From an uncultured Thermoplasmata archaeon (GTDB lineage: Archaea; Thermoplasmatota; Thermoplasmata; Lutacidiplasmatales; UBA184): DNA of 64,000 nt. Numbering within the stretch: position 1 is the first letter of the stretch; the number at the start of each line of letters is the position of its first letter. Positions 11,321-19,278 of the stretch are shown in pieces. The notes below the pieces were generated by a model, which did not search any database, was not told the origin of the DNA, and saw only the letters and a program-made list of their open reading frames with translations. A program made the translations under genes and the position numbers. The stretch covers positions 1,534,799-1,598,798 of the forward strand of contig CAVPSE010000002.1 in assembly GCA_963708255.1 (NCBI GenBank), given 5' to 3'.

Positions 11321-11929
11321 TCAGCTCGAGTCCGTACCCTCTTCATCCGGGGTCTCGCCGGAGGGGGTCCCGTCCTTCTTCCCGGCGGGCCGCTTGAGGA
11401 TCTCGCCCGAGATCTTGTCGAGCTCTTGCATGAGGGAGTCGATGTCCTCGCTGCCGGCCTCGGGGGCCGCGGCCGCGGCGGCGGCCGCCCCGGCCGGGGG
11501 CGCGGCGCCGACGTCCTCAGGACCTTCCATGTAGGCGGCGCCGGCGGGCACGGCGGCGATCGCGGCGCCGGTCGCGATAGCGGGGGCGGCCTCCTCTGAG
11601 GGGGTAGGTCCGTCCGGGCCGGACGGGCCGCCCTGGACGGACGACGCCGGCTCGGCCTCGTTGAGCGGTCCGGGGGAGCTTCCGCCCTTGCGGCGGCGCA
11701 TGTACAGGAGGATGGCGAGGGCGACCGCGACAATGGCGAGCACCGCGAGCACCGCGTAGTACGTGTTGTAGTTCGCGGGGGCGCTGGAGGTGCACGAACC
11801 GTACGGGCAGTTCGACTGGGCCGATACGATCCCGAGGTTCGGAACGAGGGCGGCCACGATGACCAGCAACAGGAGGCCGATGCTGACCAGGACGGGAACC
11901 GCCGGACGGCTGCGAGAAGGGGGTGACAT
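11321..11929 (-). CDS. Hypothetical membrane protein with two TM helices and an acidic Ala/Pro-rich tail
   Basis: ATG at 11927-11929 inside ORF 11321..12178. Order is TM helix, short Cys-containing loop (NCPYGSC), TM helix, then a disordered tail. Confidence 0.45.
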   Translation of the reverse strand: MSPPSRSRPAVPVLVSIGLLLLVIVAALVPNLGIVSAQSNCPYGSCTSSAPANYNTYYAVLAVLAIVAVALAILLYMRRRKGGSSPGPLNEAEPASSVQGGPSGPDGPTPSEEAAPAIATGAAIAAVPAGAAYMEGPEDVGAAPPAGAAAAAAAAPEAGSEDIDSLMQELDKISGEILKRPAGKKDGTPSGETPDEEGTDSS

Positions 11930-12041
11930 GACTGCGGTCCGCGGGGAGCGGATGGCGATATTACGCGAGGGGGGGGTATGTAAACTCTCCGGCATCGCGT
12001 CGTTACGCCCAGAACCACCGGTTCCGCCCCGGATGTTCTCC

Positions 12042-13673
12042 CTACGCCAACGGCGGCGGCCGGGGCGGGGGGTCTCGGGCGGGCCGACGTCCGACGTGGG
12101 CGGCCAGCCATCGAACGCCGGGCACCGGCCGCCCCAGCATCCCCTCCAGGGCCGAGAGCAGGAGGCGGTCCCCTTCATCGATGCTGCCGGTCGCCAGGAC
12201 GACCACCACGAAGAGCAGGGCCACGGCCACCACGATCACCGGGAGGGTCCAGAGCGGGGGAGTGAACGGGGCCAGGAGGAACACCAGGGCCAGGGGGACG
12301 GTGGTGACCACGAGAGGGGTCACAAAGTGCCGGCGGAACGGGTGGACCCCGTGGGAGGCCTCCAACTGCGCGAGGGAGAGGGTAGGGTAGATCACATTGG
12401 CCGCCGCCCATGCCGCGGCCGCTCCCGTGATCCCGTAGGTCGGGACCAACGCGAGGCTGAGGGTGATGTCGACCCCCGCCGCCACCACGGTGTTCAGCAG
12501 GAGGAGCCGGGTCTGACCGTACGACACCTGGAGCGCCGCCGAGGGTCCGACCAGGGTCGAGAGGAACGACCCTAGCACGATCAACTGCAGGGGAACGATG
12601 CTCGCCTCGTAGCTCGACCCGTAGACGAACGCCAGGGATCGGGTAGTGTAGAAAAAGAAGACCAGGAACAGGGGCAGCGAGGCCAGGACCATCCACTTCG
12701 TGGCGGTCGCGTAGGTGACGCGGACCGCCTCGTCGTCCCGTGTCCGGACGAACCGGGCGGTGACCGGGAGGATGATGTACCCCAGCGACCCGATCCCGAC
12801 CTGGAGGAGCCGCGCGAGGGACAGGTCGGCCGAGTACTGCCCGACCGAGGACTGGTGGAAGACGGCCAGGACGAGGGAGTCCGCGTTGTTGACCGAGTAG
12901 CTCATGACGCCCACCACGAACAACGGGGCGGCGAACTTGACCAGGTCCCGGGAGATCCGCGGGTCCCGGTCCCCGGCCGGCAATAGCCGGGGAAGCCGGC
13001 GACGCGTGTACCAGACCAGGGGGACGAAGCTGACGATCCCCGCGACCAGGTACCCCACCAGCGCCGAGGTGAAAGAGAGCCCTGTTCGGCCGAACCCGTC
13101 GGCGATGAGCAGGAAGACGATGAACAGCGAGGGGTTGAGGACCTGCACGAAGAACGCGTTCGGGAGCACATCCTCGTAGCCCTGGAAGATCGACGCGATG
13201 AGCCCCGCGGCGATGGAGAGCCCCACGGCCGCGGCGAAGAACACGAACGTCTCGCCGAGCAGCGGCGAGTGGAACGTGGTCGAGAGGGGGAGGCTGAGCA
13301 CCGCCATCAGCCCGGTCACGGCGATCGCTCCCGGGATCACGACCACGAAGGCGCTCCGGACGATCGTCCGGCGCTCTCGATCGCTCCCCTCGAACGGGAT
13401 CGACCGGGCGACCGCGGACGGGAATCCGAGGGCGCCGAGGGCGGAGAGCAGGCCGGAGACGGTGAGGCCGATGGAAAAGTCGGTCCACTGCTGGGCGGAG
13501 AGCAGGTGGACGAGGATGACCCGTGAGACGAAGCTCTCGGCCACGAAGCCGAGCGTGCCGAGCATCATCACCAGGGTCCCCCGGGTGACGGAGCTGAGGC
13601 CGTCCTGGGCCCCCGCGGAGATGCCGGCCACGTTCGTCCCGGTGTCGTCCGGTCGGTCGTAGGGTAAAAGCAT
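12042..13673 (-). CDS. Oligosaccharide/polysaccharide flippase (MOP superfamily, Wzx-like)
   Basis: Intact 543-aa ORF with about 12-14 TM helices and the length and organisation of polysaccharide biosynthesis (Wzx/RfbX) proteins. Confidence 0.7.
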   Translation of the reverse strand: MLLPYDRPDDTGTNVAGISAGAQDGLSSVTRGTLVMMLGTLGFVAESFVSRVILVHLLSAQQWTDFSIGLTVSGLLSALGALGFPSAVARSIPFEGSDRERRTIVRSAFVVVIPGAIAVTGLMAVLSLPLSTTFHSPLLGETFVFFAAAVGLSIAAGLIASIFQGYEDVLPNAFFVQVLNPSLFIVFLLIADGFGRTGLSFTSALVGYLVAGIVSFVPLVWYTRRRLPRLLPAGDRDPRISRDLVKFAAPLFVVGVMSYSVNNADSLVLAVFHQSSVGQYSADLSLARLLQVGIGSLGYIILPVTARFVRTRDDEAVRVTYATATKWMVLASLPLFLVFFFYTTRSLAFVYGSSYEASIVPLQLIVLGSFLSTLVGPSAALQVSYGQTRLLLLNTVVAAGVDITLSLALVPTYGITGAAAAWAAANVIYPTLSLAQLEASHGVHPFRRHFVTPLVVTTVPLALVFLLAPFTPPLWTLPVIVVAVALLFVVVVLATGSIDEGDRLLLSALEGMLGRPVPGVRWLAAHVGRRPARDPPPRPPPLA

Positions 13674-13695
13674 GCCGCGGCCGGGGAACCACGGC

Positions 13696-13702
13696 CTTTA
13701 GG
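13696..13702. promoter_or_regulatory. Shared bidirectional TATA-like box (CTTTAGG)
   Basis: Its centre lies about 26 nt from both the ATG at 13673 (minus strand) and the GTG at 13725 (plus strand). It is the only A/T patch in a 51-nt divergent intergenic region. Confidence 0.45.
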
Positions 13703-13724
13703 GCGGGCGTCCCTACCGGCCCCA

Positions 13725-15788
13725 GTGACACTCCCGGGCCCGGGGGCGACGGAGCTGTTCGTCGACCTCCTCCTCCTCGCCCTCCTCTCCATTGTGGTCG
13801 GGGAGCCGATCCGCTCGCTCCTCGCCCGGTGGTCGGCCTGGCTGGCCGGGGTCGACCCGGTCGAGCGGGCCGTGGTCGACCTGTACATGGGCGGTGCCGT
13901 CGTCTACCTCGTCGCCGCCGTCCCTCTGGGGCTGTTCCTCCCGGCCGTGGTGGCCGCCGTGGCCGTGCTGGGCTGGGGCATCCGCCTCACCCTGGGCCCA
14001 GCTCCGGTCCGGGCGGCCCGGGATACCTTCCGCTCCATCGCGACCGCCCTACGACGGCCGCCGTACTACGCCACGCTCGCGACGTTCCTGGTCGTCCTCG
14101 GGGTGGAGGTCATCGCCGCCGCTCCGGTGGACACCGGCAACACGTACGACTCGAGCCTGTACAGCCTGTACACGACTCTCCTTCTCCTCCACCATACGCT
14201 TCCGACCACGCTGGCGCCCGTGGCGTCGATCGGCGTTGCGTTCCCCCAGGGAACGACCGCCTGGTTCGCCTTCGGGCAGCAACTGTTCGGGTTTCCCGCG
14301 ATCCGAACCAGCCTCCTCGTCACGCCGCTGTTCCTGGCCCTCCCGGTCCCGGCGGGGTTCGCCATCGGCCGGCGGTGGTGGGGCACCGCCTCGGCCGGGG
14401 CGGCCGTGGCGCTTGTTCTCGGGCTCCTCGCTCCCTTCTCCAGGGAGATCGTGACCGGGAGCAACGACCTCGTTCTGTCCATCCCGCTGGTCGTGCTTCT
14501 CGCTGCGTTCGCTCGGACCTGGGTGGACCCTCGGTGCCCCCGATGGGCCGACGCCCTCGCGTTCGGGGGGCTCGCCGGGTACGCGGCCGCCCTCAATCCG
14601 GTCGGACCCGAGTGGCTCTTCCTCGTGGTCCCAGTGACCGCTATGCTCGCCCGCCCGCGTCTCGGAGGAGCGCCTTTCGTTTGGCTTTCACGGTACGCCG
14701 CCGCCGTGGTCGTGGGAGTCGCCTTCGTCGCCCCGAGCCTCTACGTGATCGCCCAGGGGCGCTCGAGCCCGGGCTTTGTCCCGGGAGGTGCGACCCCGGC
14801 GGTGGGCGCGCCGTTCGGCACCTCGACGGCCCAGTTCATCGGCGGGATCGACCCGTTCCTGTTCCGGCCCACCGACACCTGGCTCTCGCCATTCCCCCTG
14901 CTCCGCGCCGAGCTGGCCCTCCTGATCGGAGTGGGCGGACTTCTCCTGGTCCTCGGGGCCTCCGGGCGCCTCCCCACGAGCGGACCGTTCGGCCGGTTCG
15001 TCCTCTCCGCGGGCGTCGTGGCGGGGGTCATCCTCGGTTCGTTCGTGGTCGCCCGCGACCACGTTCCCGGGTTCTCCGACCTCGTCTACCTGTCGAGCGC
15101 GACCGAGACCTCGGTCTACCTCTTCCTGATCTACTCGCTCGTGGCGTCGGTGCCCCTCATCCTGATGTTCGAATGGGGTGAACGGGGGCCCGGCCGCGGA
15201 ACGGTGACCTCCGGTCCGCGTCGGCCATGGTCGCTGGGCGCCGACGAGCCCCCCGGCCGAACGGTCGTGGCCGTGCTGGCGCTCGCCATCCTCCTCCCGG
15301 GGGCCGGGGTGACCGCGCTCAGCCTCCCGGACCAGCTCCGTTCGGTCTACGATCGGTACTCCAACGTGACCGCCGACGACGTGGCCCTGCTCGAGTTCAC
15401 CGCCGGATCGATCCCGAACGGGAGCCGGGTCCTCGTGGCCCCCGGGAGCGCCGCGCAGTTCCTGCCAGAGTATGACGCCAACATCGTGCTCCTCTACCCG
15501 ATGGTCCCGAACTTCGGGAACATCAACGCCTCCTACACGCTCGTCGTCCAGGAGCTGACCAACGGGACGCTGGACTCCGCCGGCGCCGCCGCCCTCGTGG
15601 CGCTCGGGGTCAACTACGTGGCCGTCACCGGCCCGAGCTCAACCCTGTTCCAGCCGTTCGTCCCCGGCCCGCTCGTCGCGCTCGCCATCGAGGACGGGGG
15701 GAACCCGTGGAGCGTCGCCTATCACTGGGGGAGCGACTGGCTGTTCCATTACGTTCGAATGGAGGGGATCCCGGGCCCGCCGGGTTAG
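13725..15788 (+). CDS. Large polytopic membrane protein with a C-terminal soluble domain (possible GT-C-like glycosyltransferase)
   Basis: Intact 687-aa ORF with more than 12 TM helices, then a roughly 170-aa sequon-bearing domain. The functional guess rests only on architecture and the divergent flippase neighbour. Confidence 0.5.
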   Translation: MTLPGPGATELFVDLLLLALLSIVVGEPIRSLLARWSAWLAGVDPVERAVVDLYMGGAVVYLVAAVPLGLFLPAVVAAVAVLGWGIRLTLGPAPVRAARDTFRSIATALRRPPYYATLATFLVVLGVEVIAAAPVDTGNTYDSSLYSLYTTLLLLHHTLPTTLAPVASIGVAFPQGTTAWFAFGQQLFGFPAIRTSLLVTPLFLALPVPAGFAIGRRWWGTASAGAAVALVLGLLAPFSREIVTGSNDLVLSIPLVVLLAAFARTWVDPRCPRWADALAFGGLAGYAAALNPVGPEWLFLVVPVTAMLARPRLGGAPFVWLSRYAAAVVVGVAFVAPSLYVIAQGRSSPGFVPGGATPAVGAPFGTSTAQFIGGIDPFLFRPTDTWLSPFPLLRAELALLIGVGGLLLVLGASGRLPTSGPFGRFVLSAGVVAGVILGSFVVARDHVPGFSDLVYLSSATETSVYLFLIYSLVASVPLILMFEWGERGPGRGTVTSGPRRPWSLGADEPPGRTVVAVLALAILLPGAGVTALSLPDQLRSVYDRYSNVTADDVALLEFTAGSIPNGSRVLVAPGSAAQFLPEYDANIVLLYPMVPNFGNINASYTLVVQELTNGTLDSAGAAALVALGVNYVAVTGPSSTLFQPFVPGPLVALAIEDGGNPWSVAYHWGSDWLFHYVRMEGIPGPPG

Positions 15789-16678
15789 ATGAACTCGTCC
15801 AGGATCTGGGTCCGTCCCTTGATCCCTGCGGGCTGGCCGACCAAGGGGCCGGCGTGCAGGACCTCTTCGAGGTCCTCGTAGGTCGGCTTGTCGACCTTGT
15901 AGAAGAGCCCCGTCGGGATCTTCTCGCCCCACTCGAGGGACCGGGTCCATGCCTGGACGAGGTTGGTCGGATCGTGGCCGGCGCTCTCGAGCTTGTAGAC
16001 ACGCTGCCGGAAGAAGTCGAAGGTGTTGATCTTGTTGTAGGTGACACAGGGGGAGAGCGCATCGACGAAGGCGAACCCCTTGTGCTTGATGCCACCCGCC
16101 ACCAGGTCCGCGAGCTGCTTCACGTCCCCGGAGAAGCCCCGGGCGACGTACGTGGCCCCCGCGGCGAGGGCGAGCGAGATCGGATCGATCGGGTTCTCGA
16201 TGACCCCGCCCGGGGTCGACTTGGTCTTCTGGCCCATCATCGAGGTGGGGGAAGCCTGCCCGGTCGTGAGACCGTAGATCTGGTTGTCCATCGTGACGTA
16301 CGTCATGTCCACGTTGCGCCGCATCGTATGGACGAAGTGGCCGGCCCCGATCCCGAACCCGTCGCCATCCCCGCCGGTCGCGATGATGGTCAGCCCGTGG
16401 TTCGCCCACCGGATCCCCTCGGCGATCGGGAGCGAACGCCCGTGGATGCCGTGGAACCCGTACGCGGAGAGGAAGTGCGGTAGGTTGGAGGAGCAGCCGA
16501 TCCCCGAAACGATCACCACGTTCTGGGAGGGGATCGTAAGCCGCTTGACCGCCATTTCGACGGCGGCCACGACGCCGAAGTCCCCGCACCCCGGGCACCA
16601 GGTCGGCTTGGTGTCCGACTTCCCGATCAGGGGGAGGGCGGGTCCGGTCGTCACAGGGAGCACTACACTACTTGCCAT
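15785..16678 (-). CDS. korB: 2-oxoacid:ferredoxin oxidoreductase, beta subunit
   Basis: CPGCGDFG Fe-S/TPP motif and GDGDGFGIG TPP-binding motif. ATG at 16676-16678 inside ORF 15785..16918, overlapping the alpha subunit stop. Confidence 0.9.
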   Translation of the reverse strand: MASSVVLPVTTGPALPLIGKSDTKPTWCPGCGDFGVVAAVEMAVKRLTIPSQNVVIVSGIGCSSNLPHFLSAYGFHGIHGRSLPIAEGIRWANHGLTIIATGGDGDGFGIGAGHFVHTMRRNVDMTYVTMDNQIYGLTTGQASPTSMMGQKTKSTPGGVIENPIDPISLALAAGATYVARGFSGDVKQLADLVAGGIKHKGFAFVDALSPCVTYNKINTFDFFRQRVYKLESAGHDPTNLVQAWTRSLEWGEKIPTGLFYKVDKPTYEDLEEVLHAGPLVGQPAGIKGRTQILDEFI

Positions 16679-18419
16679 GTTGGAGGACCTCCACTGCCTT
16701 GCTGACGATCTCCATCGGGTAGAAGGGCTCGCCGTCGTACTTGAGGAAACGGTCCGGGAACGCGATCCCCGTCTCGGCCCGGAGCAGGCGGCCCAGCTGC
16801 CCGGAGTAGTTCGCCTCCACGAGGAGGTGCTTGGGAGAACTGGAGAGCGCCGCTTCGATCTGCTCCCCGTGCACGGGGAAGACCGTCGGGACCTGCAGAA
16901 GGTTCGCGGAGATCCCACGGGAGGACAGCAGCGGGATCGCGTCCCGGATGGCGCCGGCCGTGGAGCCCCACGCGACGAACGTCAGCACCGGGTGCTCGGC
17001 CCCCTCGACGCGGGGCCCCTCGGTGTCCGCCTTGAGGCCGGCGAGCTTGCCCATCCGCTTGTCCATCATTCGGGTACGCTCGACGGTCCACTGGGGGATC
17101 CCGGACTTCACGTCCGAGATCAGGTGGCCGCGCTCGTCGTGTTCGTCGGAGCCGGTGATGAAGTTGAGACCGGCCTGGCCCGGCAGCGCCCGGGGCGAGA
17201 CGCCGTTCGGGGTGTAGGCGTAGCGCTTGTAGTCGCTGCCGTTCGGCGTGACCGTGTAAAGCGAGGGAACGTCCACGTCCAGCGGGATCTCCTCCCGGTC
17301 CGCGGTCATGTAGTTCTCCGAAAGGTGAAGGTCGCTCGCCAGCAGGATCGGGGTCTGCCAGTCCTCCGCGAGCTGGAACGCACGGATCGTCTCCTTGTAC
17401 GCCTCGACGATGTTGGCCGGGGCGAGGATCGCCCGGGGGAACTCCCCCTGGCCGGCGCCGAGCATCAGGTTGAGATCCCCCTGCTCGGTCTTCGTAGGCA
17501 GGCCCGTCGACGGGCCGGAGCGCTGGGAGTCGACCACGACGAGCGGGATCTCGCACATCCCCGCCATGCCCAGCGCCTCCACCATGAGCGAAAAGCCCCC
17601 GCCGCTCGTGGCGGTCATGCTTCGCACCCCGCCGAACGAGGCACCGATCGCCATGTTGATGGCGGCCAGTTCGTCCTCCGCCTGCTTCACCACGATGCCG
17701 AGCTCGGTCGAGTGAGCCGCGAGCCAGTGCATGATCGAGGTGGCCGGGGTCATGGGGTACTGGGCGAGGAACTTGAGGCCGGCCGAGGCGGCCCCGAGAG
17801 CGATCGCCTGGTTCCCGGTCATCAGGAGCTTGGGCGAGCCGCCAGGGCCGGCGGCGTGATCGTTGGGGCTCGCGTGCGCCTGCGCGAAGGCAAAGCCGTC
17901 CGCGGCCGCCCCCACGTTCCAGTCCACGATGTCCCCCTTCTTCTTGCCGAAGGAGTCGGCGAGGACGTTCTGGAGCATCGGGAGAGGGATCCCGGAAAGG
18001 TAGGCCGCGGCCCCCATCCCGGCCGCGTTCTGGAGGATCGACTGGGGAGTGTACTTCCGGGCGAGCTGGAGGGTAGGTACGGGGAGCGCCTTCGTCCCCG
18101 AGGGCATCTCGCCGTCGGCGATCGCGAACTTCTCCGGATCGAAGACCACGGTGGCGCCCTGGGAGAGGAACTGCTTGTGGACGTCGAACGTTTCCCGGTT
18201 GAGGGCGTACAGGACATCCAACGCATCCCCCTGGGAGTGGACCTTCTGCGGGGAGGCCCGGGCCTGGAACCAGACATGGCCCCCGCGGATCACGGACTGG
18301 TAGGCGTTGTGACCGAAGACGTGGAGACCCATCCGGGAGAAGGAGCGTGCGAAAGCCTCGCCGACCGAGGCGATCCCATCCCCCGCGGCGCCGCCCGCGC
18401 GGACCGAGATCTCCACCAT
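16668..18419 (-). CDS. korA: 2-oxoacid:ferredoxin oxidoreductase, alpha subunit (fused alpha/gamma type)
   Basis: Intact 583-aa ORF collinear with OFOR/KorA-type subunits and directly upstream of the beta subunit. Confidence 0.9.
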   Translation of the reverse strand: MVEISVRAGGAAGDGIASVGEAFARSFSRMGLHVFGHNAYQSVIRGGHVWFQARASPQKVHSQGDALDVLYALNRETFDVHKQFLSQGATVVFDPEKFAIADGEMPSGTKALPVPTLQLARKYTPQSILQNAAGMGAAAYLSGIPLPMLQNVLADSFGKKKGDIVDWNVGAAADGFAFAQAHASPNDHAAGPGGSPKLLMTGNQAIALGAASAGLKFLAQYPMTPATSIMHWLAAHSTELGIVVKQAEDELAAINMAIGASFGGVRSMTATSGGGFSLMVEALGMAGMCEIPLVVVDSQRSGPSTGLPTKTEQGDLNLMLGAGQGEFPRAILAPANIVEAYKETIRAFQLAEDWQTPILLASDLHLSENYMTADREEIPLDVDVPSLYTVTPNGSDYKRYAYTPNGVSPRALPGQAGLNFITGSDEHDERGHLISDVKSGIPQWTVERTRMMDKRMGKLAGLKADTEGPRVEGAEHPVLTFVAWGSTAGAIRDAIPLLSSRGISANLLQVPTVFPVHGEQIEAALSSSPKHLLVEANYSGQLGRLLRAETGIAFPDRFLKYDGEPFYPMEIVSKAVEVLQHGK

Positions 18420-18441
18420 TTCCGATTCGAGGGGTCCACTC

Positions 18442-18450
18442 TATTAAACG
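18442..18450 (-). promoter_or_regulatory. TATA box (GTTTAATAG on the minus strand) for the oxidoreductase operon
   Basis: Centre lies about 27 nt upstream of the ATG at 18417-18419, a spacing that suggests a leaderless transcript. Confidence 0.5.
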
Positions 18451-18542
18451 GCTTTCCCGTCGGTGGCCCGCGCGCCACCGACGACGCGGCCGCCGCCGAA
18501 ACCCCTTAGCAGGCGCGCGGGTACCCTGGCGGGGTCGGAGGG

Positions 18543-18791
18543 GTGCAGATCCGATTGTTCGCTACGGCCCGCGAGGCAGTGGGGGTCGGGGAACTCGCCT
18601 GGCCGGTTCCCGATGGGGGGATCGCCTTGGGGAGCCTGCTCGACCAGCTGGGGGGCCGATACCGGAAGCTCAAGCCGATCCTCCCCGGGTGCCGATTCTT
18701 CGTCAATGGAGAACTGGTGACCCAGCCCGGGCGGCGGCGCATCGCCCCGGACGACGAACTCGCGGTCCACCCCCCGTACAGCGGAGGGTAG
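18543..18791 (+). CDS. moaD: MoaD/ThiS-family sulfur-carrier protein
   Basis: 82 aa of ubiquitin-like size ending in the diagnostic C-terminal Gly-Gly (PPYSGG). Confidence 0.8.
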   Translation: MQIRLFATAREAVGVGELAWPVPDGGIALGSLLDQLGGRYRKLKPILPGCRFFVNGELVTQPGRRRIAPDDELAVHPPYSGG

Positions 18792-18793
18792 CC

Positions 18794-19278
18794 GTGACGG
18801 TTCGGATCACGGAGGCGAAGCTGGACCCGGGACGGGCGTTCCGGGAGCTCGAGGTCCGGGGGCCGGAGGCGTTGCCGTCTTCGTCGGGCGCGTTCGGCCG
18901 GACCGCGGGCCCCGCGGCACGGTGACCGCGCTCGACTACGAGGCCGACATATCGCTCGCCACGGAGGCCCTCGAACGGCTCGCCGCCGAGGTCGCCACCC
19001 GGTGGGGCGCGACGGCGTCGGTCCTCTGGCATCGGACCGGCCGGCTCCGCGTGGGGGCCGCCTCCGTCATCGTCGGGGCGGCCGCGCCCCACCGGGCCGA
19101 GGCGTTCGCCGCGGCGAGGTTCCTGATCGAGCAGTTGAAGCGGCAGGCCCCGATCTGGAAGACGGAGCGAGCACGACCCGGGCGTCCACCGCGCAGACGC
19201 CCTGCCCGGCGCCCCGGACGATCAGCGGGTTCACGTCCAGCTCGCTCACCTCCGGGCGCTCGACCGCGAGCTGGCTGA
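18794..19278 (+). CDS. moaE: Molybdopterin synthase catalytic subunit, frame interrupted and natural 3' end not identifiable
   Basis: AGGVAVFVGRVR...LDYEA...LWHRTGRLRVGAASVIVGAAAPHRAEAF...QAPIWKTE. GTG at 18794 follows the moaD stop. Frame break in the G5 run at 18858-18862. After PIWKTE (about 19168) the ORF runs antisense into the acetyl-CoA synthetase gene. Confidence 0.75.

Noticed and set aside
11440-11500. GCG/GCC-rich run encoding poly-Ala, which looks like a trinucleotide repeat.
   Set aside because: It is a low-complexity Ala/Pro tail inside the hypothetical membrane protein 11321..11929 and not a tandem DNA repeat of fixed unit.
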